From NCBI GenBank assembly GCA_963665665.1, contig OY762428.1:3840001-3904000 (forward strand): a stretch of DNA of 64,000 bases, read 5' to 3'. The position numbers and the translations under genes were made by a program. Each line of letters starts with the position of its first letter. Position 1 is the first letter of the stretch. Positions 49,408 through 58,715 of the stretch are shown in pieces. The stretch comes from Candidatus Kapaibacterium sp. GTDB lineage: Bacteria; Bacteroidota; Ignavibacteria; Kapaibacteriales; UBA2268. The notes below the pieces were generated by a model, which searched no databases, had not been told where the DNA came from, and worked only from the letters and a program-made list of their open reading frames with translations.

Positions 49408-51045
49408 CGTCATTGCCGCCCTGTTTTACTTCAAAGCCCTCTCCTTCGGGGAGGCACGGCCCCTTGCGAGGGTTCCACACTGCGTGTGTTTGTGAGGGGT
49501 CGAAAGCAATGTACCAATGTTCGAAGATATTGCTGCACTGGCCAGAAGCAAAGAAAGAAAACCTCCCCTGTATTCCCCTCCTCCGCGAGGAGGGGATAAG
49601 AAGTTAAATATCATAGAATTAACTCCCCCTCCTTCTGAAGGAGTGGGGCGGGGGGAGGTAGGAAGGATCAGCTGCATTTCACCGATGTTCTAAGTTATTG
49701 CTGCCCTGCTTTTCTTCAAAGCGCTCTCCTTCGGGGAGGGTTTGGGAGGGGTTGGAGTCATTGATGCCTTGTTTGAAGTCATTGCTGCCTTGGTCGGAGT
49801 CATTGCACCAATGTTTTATTCTATTGATGCCTTATTCTTCTTCAAAGCCCTCTCCTTCGGGGAGGGTTTGGGAGGGGTCGGAGTTATTGCTGCCTTGGTC
49901 GACGCTATTGCACAGATGTTTGAAGTCATTGCTGCCTTGGTCGGAGTTATTGCTGCCTTGGTCGGAAGCAAAGTACCGTTGTTTGATTCTATTGTCGCCT
50001 TGTTTGAAGTTATTGATACCTTGTTTAGAGGCAAAGTACTGATGTTAGAAGTCATTTAAATCTTGGTCGGAGATATTGATTGCTTGTGTAGCGTTGAAAT
50101 CCGGAATATTTAAGTGTTTGAATTATTTACAATACTTGAATTATAAAATAAATAATAAGAATTAGTAAATATTTAAGTATTTGTAATAAATATATTTATC
50201 AGATTATTAAATAATCATATAGATTTACAATATTAATAATATAACTAATCAAATAAATAATTTATACAAGACATTAATCACTATTTCTTATAAATTCTCT
50301 TTCTTCTTTTATAAAATATATTAAGTATCCAAGGATATATTTAATTGTCCTAACAAATTAGATATACTGATTAATTAATTGGTTAATACTAATATTTAAT
50401 AGTTTATAAAATGAATTTGATAAATCATATCAATTATTTAATTATATATATAAAATATTTAGTTATACATATAAAAAGTTTTGTTAGATAAACTATATCA
50501 AGGCTTGGATATATTATATAAATTATTATAATTACTATATATTTAATACAAATAGTATAATATTTAATATTTTAGATTGAATATTTGATTATCAGTTCTG
50601 TCTATAGACTTTTCTAATCTGCACATTTGGGATTTTAATGTCAAACAAGCAAGCAGTAAGGCAAACCAAGAAAGCAATGAAGCCGGACAAGTGTGCAGTA
50701 AGGCAAACCAAGCGAGCAATGAAGCGGAACAAGATTTCAATAAGGCAAAACATCCAAGCAATGAAGCGGAACAAGACTTCAATAAGGCGAAACAAGTAAG
50801 CATTGAGGCGGAACAAGCAAGCAATGAAGCCAAATTTCACTACATTAAGGCCAAACAATGCTTCAATACCTCCGGACAAGGCAGTTTAAGGCCCTGCCAA
50901 CAAAGCAATTAGACCAAACATCATGGTTTAGATTAAAAACAGCATTGAATTAAGGAAATTATCCGGTTCATTGAAACCACAGGATGGGGAATTAAGGCCG
51001 GCGGCCTGTTCATTGGGGTGGAAGAACGGGGGGAGAGGGCCGGAG
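49408..51045. repeat. Copy 2 (inverted) of the ~1.6 kb foldback element
   Basis: Reverse complement aligns with 8438-10077; arrays 49667-50086 (20x21 bp) and 50646-51044 (19x21 bp), core 50087-50645 (559 bp). Confidence 0.9.
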
Positions 51046-51149
51046 TTGGGATTTTAATTAACAATGAATAATTAAAAATGAAGAGAAAACCGGGCTAATT
51101 CACCTCTCCTGGAGGGGAGTCCGAAGGACGGGGGTGGTTTCTTTTTTCC

Positions 51150-53556
51150 CCTCATTACGAAGTTGTACTTCGCAATGCAGTTTTCTTTTGAAACTAAGCT
51201 TCATAATTCCAAAGTATAACTTTGCAGGAAATTGACCTTCCCAAGTGTAACCTGGGAAGGAGAAAAAAGAATAAAAAGATAAAATCTTGGAAAACAGCTG
51301 CTGTTTTTATAAATTAAGATAATGTTTGATTTGATACGTTTTTGATTAAAACCTTGTGAGGCAGAAATGTATAATTTTAAAGAAAAATATATAAATCCCT
51401 TTACCGATTACGGCTTTAAAAAGCTTTTCGGAGAGGAACCCAATAAAGACCTGCTACTGGATTTCCTGAATGAGCTGTTGAGGGAAGAACAGGGCGAGAT
51501 AAAAGACCTGACCTATCTGAAAAATGAAAACCTGGGCGCTGCCGAAGCAGACCGAAGGGCTATTTTCGATCTTTATTGTGAAAATGAGAAGGGTGAAAAA
51601 TTCATCGTCGAGCTGCAGAAAACCAAGCAGAACTTCTTCAAAGACAGAACGGTTTATTATTCTACATTTCCTATCAGAGACCAGGCACAGCGCGGCGACT
51701 GGAATTATGAGTTAAACCCCGTTTATACAATCGCTGTTCTGGATTTCATTTTCGACGATGACAAAAAAGAACCTGAAAAATTCCGATACAACGTGAAATT
51801 AAGCGATTTGGACAGCCACGAAGTATTCTATGATAAGTGGACATTTATATACCTTGAAATGCCAAAGTTCAACAAAAATATAGATGAGCTTGAAACCCGG
51901 TTTGACAAATGGCTGTATGTACTCAGGAATCTGAACAGGCTGGATCGTGTTCCGGATAAACTTCGTGAAAGAATATTCGAAAAACTTTTCGAAACTGCCG
52001 AGATTGCGAAATTCACTCCCCAACAGGTAATGAATTACGAGGACAGCCTGAAATACTACAGAGACCTGAAAAATTCTATTGACACCGCCCGCGATGAAGG
52101 CAAAGAAGAAGGGTATGAACAAGGTGTCGAGAAAGGAATAGAAAAAGGAAAAATTGATATAGCCAGGAAGATGATTCAAAAAGGAATGTCTGTTGAAATG
52201 ATTATTGAACTGACGGGGATGAGTGAAGGCGATATAAACAGTTTGAAATCACTGGTATGAATCCCAAAGTAAACTTTGGAAACTGATTCCGCAGCAAGCT
52301 GCGGGGTATTTTTTCCCTCCGACTTCGTCGGGATTGTTCGACTATCAAATTTCTTTCTCTTCGTTCATGAAATTTGAGTCTCACGAATAAATTTCCCCCC
52401 CACCGTACCCGATTTATCGGGGAAAGACAAATAGCAAAAATTCTCCTCATTACGAAGTTGTACTTCGCAATGCAGTTTTCTTTTGAAACTAAGCTTCATA
52501 ATTCCAAAGTATAACTTTGCAGGAAATTGACCTTCCCAAGTGTAACCTGGGAAGGAGAAAAAAGAATAAAAAGATAAAATCTTGGAAAACAGCTGCTGTT
52601 TTTTTAAATTAAGATAATATTTGATTTGATACGTTTTTGATTAAAACCTTGTGAGGCAGAAATGTATAATTTTAAAGAAAAATATATAAACCCCTTTACC
52701 GATTACGGCTTTAAAAAGCTTTTCGGAGAGGAACCAAATAAAGACCTGCTACTGGATTTCCTGAATGAGCTGTTGCGAGAAGAACAAGGCGAGATAAAAG
52801 ACCTGACCTATCTGAAAAATGAAAACCTCGGTGCTGCCGAGGCAGACAGACGGGCTATTTTCGATCTGTACTGTGAAAATGAAAAAGGTGAAAAATTCAT
52901 TGTCGAGCTGCAGAAAACCAAGCAGAACTTCTTCAAAGACAGGACGGTTTATTATTCCACATTTCCTATCAGAGACCAGGCACAGCGCGGCGACTGGGAT
53001 TATGAGCTAAACCCCGTTTATATAATCGCTGTTCTGGATTTCATTTTCGACGATGACAAAAAAGAACCTGAAAAATTCCGATACAACGTGAAATTAAGCG
53101 ATTTGGACAGCCACGAAGTATTCTATGATAAGTGGACATTTATATACCTTGAAATGCCAAAGTTCAACAAAACTATAGATGAGCTTGAAACCCGGTTTGA
53201 CAAATGGCTGTATGTACTCAGGAACCTGAACAGGCTGGATCGTGTTCCGGATAAACTTCGTGAAAGAATATTCGAGAAACTTTTCGAAACTGCCGAGATT
53301 GCGAAATTTACCCCCCAACAGGTAATGAATTACGAGGACAGCCTGAAATACTACAGAGACCTGAAAAATTCTATTGACACCGCCCGCGATGAAGGCAAAG
53401 AAGAAGGGTATGAAGAAGGCGTCGAGAAAGGAATAGAGAAAGGAATAGAAAAAGGAAAAATTGATATAGCCAGGAAGATGATTCAAAAAGGAATGTCTGT
53501 CGAGATGATTATTGAACTGACGGGGATGAGTGAAGGCGATATAAACAGTTTGAAAT
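51150..53556 (+). repeat. Tandem duplication of 217-bp leader + Rpn gene (51150-52249 and 52445-53556)
   Basis: Near-identical copies at offset 1295 bp, separated by a palindrome-rich spacer. Confidence 0.95.
51367..52260 (+). CDS. Rpn family PD-(D/E)XK nuclease / putative transposase
   Basis: PFTDYGFKKLFG, IFDLYC..FIVELQK, FIYLEMPKF, EGxEKG repeats, IARKM..IIELTG. Confidence 0.92.
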   Translation: MYNFKEKYINPFTDYGFKKLFGEEPNKDLLLDFLNELLREEQGEIKDLTYLKNENLGAAEADRRAIFDLYCENEKGEKFIVELQKTKQNFFKDRTVYYSTFPIRDQAQRGDWNYELNPVYTIAVLDFIFDDDKKEPEKFRYNVKLSDLDSHEVFYDKWTFIYLEMPKFNKNIDELETRFDKWLYVLRNLNRLDRVPDKLRERIFEKLFETAEIAKFTPQQVMNYEDSLKYYRDLKNSIDTARDEGKEEGYEQGVEKGIEKGKIDIARKMIQKGMSVEMIIELTGMSEGDINSLKSLV

Positions 53557-53558
53557 AA
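52662..53558 (+). CDS. Rpn family PD-(D/E)XK nuclease, second copy
   Basis: Same motifs; one extra GIEK repeat and a shorter C-terminus. Confidence 0.92.
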   Translation: MYNFKEKYINPFTDYGFKKLFGEEPNKDLLLDFLNELLREEQGEIKDLTYLKNENLGAAEADRRAIFDLYCENEKGEKFIVELQKTKQNFFKDRTVYYSTFPIRDQAQRGDWDYELNPVYIIAVLDFIFDDDKKEPEKFRYNVKLSDLDSHEVFYDKWTFIYLEMPKFNKTIDELETRFDKWLYVLRNLNRLDRVPDKLRERIFEKLFETAEIAKFTPQQVMNYEDSLKYYRDLKNSIDTARDEGKEEGYEEGVEKGIEKGIEKGKIDIARKMIQKGMSVEMIIELTGMSEGDINSLK

Positions 53559-53609
53559 ATAACATTCAGGAAATAAGATCTATAACGATTTGTTGAAAAG
53601 TATAATTAT

Positions 53610-53643
53610 CAGATGTCCAACCCCTGAGAGATATTGGACATCT
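53610..53643. terminator. Hairpin between convergent genes
   Basis: AGATGTCCAA..TTGGACATCT 10-bp stem. Confidence 0.55.
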
Positions 53644-53677
53644 ATATATGATAGAATATAAACCTGATTATCCCTTA

Positions 53678-55591
53678 TTAACCGAAAAATCTACGATACC
53701 ATATTGATAGCATAAACAAAGTGAATATCTCAAGGCCGTGATTTTTACCCTGCTTATGTGTTCTGAAAAGCCTGGAAATATACTTTGCATCAAGTATTTT
53801 CTGCTTCACAAGGTATGAATCCATTATCTCTGATTCCGCCAGAACAGACCATTGTTTCCTTAGCCACTCGTTTACAGGAGCCCAGAAACCCTGCTTTTTC
53901 CTGTAAATAATTTCGTGAGGAAGAATAGGTTCCACGGCTTTTTTCAGGATATATTTTGTAACGTTCATATCCGGAATCTTTATGGAAGGCGGCAAAGACA
54001 TAGTAAACTCCACAATCCTATGGTCAAGGAAAGGCACTCTTGCTTCAATGCTGTGCGCCATACCGATTTTATCCACACGCATAAGAAGTATTTCCGAAAG
54101 GCGCATCCTAAGTTCATTATGGGCTATTCTCTGGAGTATATCAACCCCCGGATAGATTTTTTCCGCTTCACTGTTCAGATCATTAGCCAGTTTCACGGGA
54201 TTTTCTTTCAGGTAATTGTATTCGGATGTGAACAGATCTTCCTGGTGGGACGGCGAAAATATCGGCATACCGCTCCAGTAAAGGTGATTGCTTTCAGCTC
54301 CTTTACGGATATAATCCAGAGCCTGATTCTGATCCATTGCTTTAAAAAAAGGTTTGGCTAACTGGTAAGCACCTTTTCGCAGGCCTTTGGGCACAGAGTT
54401 GAACATTTTCCAGGCGCTGTTGAATACTTTTATTTCCCTCATCATCCAGGGGTAACCGACAAACTGCTCGTCGCTTCCTTCGCCAACCTGGATAACTGTA
54501 GTGCCGGAATCCCTTGTCAGCTTGCTGAGAAACCACAGCGGCATACATACCGGATCGGCGTTCGGTTCGTCTTCGTGCCAGGCAAGGTCTTCAAGAATCG
54601 GCAGGGCATCATCGGAATCGATCAGAATTTCATTGTGATTAGTATTATAAATATCCGAGATTTTTCGTGCGTATTCCAGTTCGTTATATTTTTCAAGTTC
54701 TTTAAAACCTACTGAGTAGGTGTCAATCGGCCTGTCCATGAATTCATGCATCAGTGCCACGTTAAGGCTGGAATCAATTCCTCCGCTTAGAAATACGCCG
54801 AAAGGAACGTCGCTCATCATTCTGTCGGCTATAGCCTGGCGCAGCGATCCAACCAATTCTTCTTTGACCTCGTTTTCCGATAATTCAGAATACTTCATAT
54901 CGGGTTGTATCGGATTCCAGTACATTTCAACTTTCAATTCGCCTTCAGAATTCAAATACAGCCAGTGTCCGGAAGATACTTTATGAATATCTCTGAACAT
55001 TGTATCAAAATTTCCGGACATTCCGAAATTAAGATATACAGGAAGCTGATCAAGGTTCATTTCAGTTTTTACGTCAGGATGCTGAAGGATAGATTTTATT
55101 TCAGAGCCGAAAATCAGGCGTCCGTTTTTGTGATAGTAATACAAAGGCTTTATACCTATTCTGTCTCTGGCTGCAAAGAGTTCCTTTTTATCATTATCCC
55201 AGATAGCAAAGGCAAACATACCTGTAAGCTTACGGACAATATCCCTGCCGAACTCCCTGAAACCGTACAGGATTGTCTCGGTATCGGTTCCCGAGCGGTA
55301 TTTATAGCCCCGGGATACCAGTTCTGCGCGAATTTCCCGGTGGTTGTATATTTCGCCGTTGAAAACAATTGAAAAACGGCCGTCATCGCTGTGCATTGGC
55401 TGATTACCGGCGTCGCTCAGGTCAATGATCGATAGGCGGCGAAAGCTTAAACCGCATTGCCTGTCGTCGCTCATCCACTGGCCTTCCGAGTCGGGGCCCC
55501 GGTGGATAATAACATCGCTCATTTTCTTCAATATTTCCCGGTTTACCTTCGGGTTTTGATTACGGTCAATAATTCCGGCAATTCCGCACAT
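53678..55591 (-). CDS. asnB: Asparagine synthase (glutamine-hydrolysing) family amidotransferase
   Basis: MCGIAG, HRGPD, RRLSIIDL, FNGEIYN, FLSGGIDSS, GEGSDE, EARVPFLD. Confidence 0.93.
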   Translation of the reverse strand: MCGIAGIIDRNQNPKVNREILKKMSDVIIHRGPDSEGQWMSDDRQCGLSFRRLSIIDLSDAGNQPMHSDDGRFSIVFNGEIYNHREIRAELVSRGYKYRSGTDTETILYGFREFGRDIVRKLTGMFAFAIWDNDKKELFAARDRIGIKPLYYYHKNGRLIFGSEIKSILQHPDVKTEMNLDQLPVYLNFGMSGNFDTMFRDIHKVSSGHWLYLNSEGELKVEMYWNPIQPDMKYSELSENEVKEELVGSLRQAIADRMMSDVPFGVFLSGGIDSSLNVALMHEFMDRPIDTYSVGFKELEKYNELEYARKISDIYNTNHNEILIDSDDALPILEDLAWHEDEPNADPVCMPLWFLSKLTRDSGTTVIQVGEGSDEQFVGYPWMMREIKVFNSAWKMFNSVPKGLRKGAYQLAKPFFKAMDQNQALDYIRKGAESNHLYWSGMPIFSPSHQEDLFTSEYNYLKENPVKLANDLNSEAEKIYPGVDILQRIAHNELRMRLSEILLMRVDKIGMAHSIEARVPFLDHRIVEFTMSLPPSIKIPDMNVTKYILKKAVEPILPHEIIYRKKQGFWAPVNEWLRKQWSVLAESEIMDSYLVKQKILDAKYISRLFRTHKQGKNHGLEIFTLFMLSIWYRRFFG

Positions 55592-55640
55592 ATAACAGTT
55601 CCGTTTTTCTAAATCAATTTATTTTTCTCTAATAAGTGGC

Positions 55641-55761
55641 TGTCTCAAAAACTTTTAATGCTGTCACTCTGAGCGCAGCGAAGAGTCCATAACCTAAGTG
55701 AATAGTGGATTCTTCACTTGGTTCAGAATGACAAAAAATACAAATTTAGAATAATGAGACA
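55641..55761. repeat. REP/MITE-like palindromic element
   Basis: TGTCACTCTGAGC..GAAGAGTCC / GGATTCTTC..TCAGAATGACA inside TGTCTCA..TGAGACA ends; same family as 8038-8129. Confidence 0.75.
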
Positions 55762-55795
55762 TTGCCTTCTCAAATAATTTGCAAAGCAACTATCA

Positions 55796-56539
55796 TCACA
55801 TGTCAATATTACGATGCAAAGTAGCAGTATTTATTAGCTGTATCATTTCTTTAACCGCAGCGTCAAGGCCTGTGAATATGGCTCTTGCCATAATCGAATG
55901 CCCAATACTAAGTTCGTCAATTTCATGAATAAAGCAAATCGGACGAGTGTTAACATAATTCAGGCCGTGCCCGGCGGCTATCTGAAGCCCTGCATTGGAA
56001 GCATACTGGCAGGCGCTGATGATCTTATTCAGCTCATTATTCACTGCTTCGCTTCCTCTTGCGTTAGCATAAATACCTGTATGTATCTCAACCATATCGG
56101 CATCTGCTTTTATAGCGGCGTTTATCTGTTCTTCAGTTGGTTCAATGAAATACGAAACTTCAATACCTTTGTCATGAAAACGGCCAGAAAGCTTTTTGTA
56201 TCTTTCAATGTCAGCAGCCATGTTAAGCCCGCCCTCGGTGGTAAGTTCCTGCCTTTTTTCAGGTACAATGGTCACCAGTTCAGGTTTTGTATCAAGAGCA
56301 ATGTTGATAATTTCTTCATTGGCAGCCATTTCAAGGTCCATTTTTGTCTGGACAATTTCTCGTATCAGCCTAACGTCCCTGTCGTTAACGTGACGCCTGT
56401 CCTCACGAAGGTGGCAGACGATACCCTGGGCGCCTGCAAGTTCAGCAATCGAAACTGCGGCTACCGGATCCGGTTCGATACCGCCACGCGCCTGCCTGAG
56501 CGTGGCAACATGGTCTATATTAATATTCAGTCTTATCAT
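55796..56539 (-). CDS. pdxJ: Pyridoxine 5'-phosphate synthase
   Basis: NIDHVATLRQAR, HLREDRRH, VPEKRQELTTEGGL, AGHGLNY, SIGHSI. Confidence 0.97.
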   Translation of the reverse strand: MIRLNINIDHVATLRQARGGIEPDPVAAVSIAELAGAQGIVCHLREDRRHVNDRDVRLIREIVQTKMDLEMAANEEIINIALDTKPELVTIVPEKRQELTTEGGLNMAADIERYKKLSGRFHDKGIEVSYFIEPTEEQINAAIKADADMVEIHTGIYANARGSEAVNNELNKIISACQYASNAGLQIAAGHGLNYVNTRPICFIHEIDELSIGHSIMARAIFTGLDAAVKEMIQLINTATLHRNIDM

Positions 56540-56872
56540 TTGTATATCTCCAGCTTAATTCACTTTTAGTTAGATAACAAAATTATTCAATTTAGCTGAT
56601 ATTCTCAAGGAAAAGAAAAAATTGAGGCAGATTAACAATCCGATTATCTTTGCTCTTGTAAATTGAACCATAAAATGATTGAAGAACAAATTATTAATAA
56701 TGATAAAAAGGTTATGAATACCAGGAACTTTTCATAAAATCAATCATTTTCAATCTGATAAATTTGCCTTTTCAATATTCGGCCAGACAATAAAAATAAT
56801 TGCGTAACTTTTAATAAGATCAAATGTTTTTACTGGTAGTAATTATATTGTCAATATTATCGGGATGGGAAT

Positions 56873-58405
56873 ATGGGCAGGTTCAGGTTTATTACTAATT
56901 TATTTTTTACACTTTTACTTTTGATTTTTCCGGCCTGTTTACAGTCACAGGATACGGGGGTTTTCCAGAAAAATATCACAGCAGAAGACGGGACTGATAT
57001 TGTTATTCACTTCTATGTACCCGACAGCTATGATGCTGATAAGGAATATCCTCTTGTAATCGGTTTGCCCCCGGGTACAACTTCCGGCGTTTTTTTCAGG
57101 GATATGCTTTATTTCAAAATAAGCGATAAGGATCTAATTATGGCCTGTCCTGATGAAACCTATAAGGATCATGAAATTATTGCCCACACTATAAAATATT
57201 GTCAGCAGGAATACAATATTGACGGGGAAAACATTGTTCTTTCCGGCTACTCGGCAGGTGGCAGCAGTGCATTTGCCTGGGGATATGACAAAGCAGACAT
57301 TATCAAAGGAATATTGGGGGTAGCCCCTGCAATCGGCGGTTTTGATTATTCTTACGTACACAACCGTCCGTTTGCGCTGATTTGCGGCGACAAGGATGCC
57401 CTGATTTCAGTTAGCCGTACATTGAATGAAAATATCAATCTAAATAAAGGATCCTGCATATTAATCGAGAAACCCAATGTAGGTCATTCAGGCGATTATT
57501 TTATGATGTCGGAATTCAGGGACGACTGGTGGCAATGTTATGAATTCATACAAAATTTCCAGCCACTGCCGCAGGTTGAGCTGATAGCTCCGAAAAATAA
57601 TTCATCAGGAATCAAGCAGCCTGTTCAATTAAAATGGAACAAATTCGATTCATTTGGCGAATATGAAATCGAAGTATATAATTATTCTGAAAAAATATTG
57701 ACTGATACGATAAATAATACAGGCTATACCATTGACGGATTTGCCGGAAACTACAAATTATCCTGGCTTGTAAGGCCACTAACAGAAAGCGATGATTTGA
57801 TGTGGTCGCAGAAGTGGAATTTTACAACAAATATACTACCAATTGAAAACAAGGTTGAATTGGACTTTCCAGCCGACGGCGCTGAAAAGCAGGCTATCGT
57901 AGCTCAGCTATGCTGGAATGTTGAAAGCCAGGCAGAATTTTATCATTTGCAACTTAGCGAGGATGAATTCCAAACCTTTACAATTGATAATGACAGCCTG
58001 GAAGCTAAACAGGGATATATACGCTATCAGCATCATGAATACTACAAGGAAGGAACAAAATACTGGTGGAGAGTTCGTGCAGGCAACAGCCTTGGTTGGG
58101 GCCCATGGTCTGATGCAAGAACCTTTACAACTATGATTTACAATTCGGTAGATGATGATATATCCGGCCAGCCGTCCTTAATACTCTATCCGAATCCGGC
58201 AGGTGATTATTTGATTATTGATACCGATAATATCAATTTGAATAATTCAATAGTTACAATAGTTGACTATCCTGGAAAAATTATACACTGGGATGTAAGC
58301 ACAAACGGACAGATCAATATCAGCGAATTGCCGGCAGGGTATTATACATTGTTGTTATATACAGGAAAAAATATTATCAGAAAAGAATTTGTGATCTGCA
58401 GGTAA
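56873..58405 (+). CDS. Alpha/beta hydrolase + FN3-like domains + T9SS C-terminal domain
   Basis: LSGYSAGG nucleophile elbow, CGDKD, VGH; YWWRVRA..GPWS; LYPNPA. Confidence 0.85.
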   Translation: MGRFRFITNLFFTLLLLIFPACLQSQDTGVFQKNITAEDGTDIVIHFYVPDSYDADKEYPLVIGLPPGTTSGVFFRDMLYFKISDKDLIMACPDETYKDHEIIAHTIKYCQQEYNIDGENIVLSGYSAGGSSAFAWGYDKADIIKGILGVAPAIGGFDYSYVHNRPFALICGDKDALISVSRTLNENINLNKGSCILIEKPNVGHSGDYFMMSEFRDDWWQCYEFIQNFQPLPQVELIAPKNNSSGIKQPVQLKWNKFDSFGEYEIEVYNYSEKILTDTINNTGYTIDGFAGNYKLSWLVRPLTESDDLMWSQKWNFTTNILPIENKVELDFPADGAEKQAIVAQLCWNVESQAEFYHLQLSEDEFQTFTIDNDSLEAKQGYIRYQHHEYYKEGTKYWWRVRAGNSLGWGPWSDARTFTTMIYNSVDDDISGQPSLILYPNPAGDYLIIDTDNINLNNSIVTIVDYPGKIIHWDVSTNGQINISELPAGYYTLLLYTGKNIIRKEFVICR

Positions 58406-58715
58406 AGTTGTCGATAACAGCAGCAATTTTTACAAAAGATGTTTTGTTATCGTTAATCAAATAATTTTAAACATATCATCACATATCATAAGATGGAATC
58501 AAACAGGACGGCGTTGATAACAAAGATTGCTTATATTAATTTCAGAAATTTTTAAAAATTTTCCATCCTCCCCGATACTTTTTCTAAATCAGTTCGTTAT
58601 TAAAAGCAAGAAACCAGAATAAAGGAATGACACACAAAAACACCGTGCCTGTATTGCACGGCGGGGATTTTTTTGCTTATAAACAACTTGTTTTATTTAT
58701 TGATAGGGGACTGTC

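Noticed and set aside
51367-53558. Diversity-generating retroelement (template/variable repeat pair)
   Set aside because: Differences between the copies are not adenine-specific and no reverse transcriptase is present; it is a whole-gene duplication
55898-56569. 223-aa + strand ORF (likewise 33961-34572, 3207-3821, 46987-47526)
   Set aside because: Antisense shadows of well-supported genes (pdxJ, lat, sigma/anti-sigma, kdsB)
58643-58674. CCGTGC..GCACGG hairpin with T-run upstream of the VIT gene as a riboswitch/attenuator
   Set aside because: A single short stem with no recognisable aptamer; not enough support
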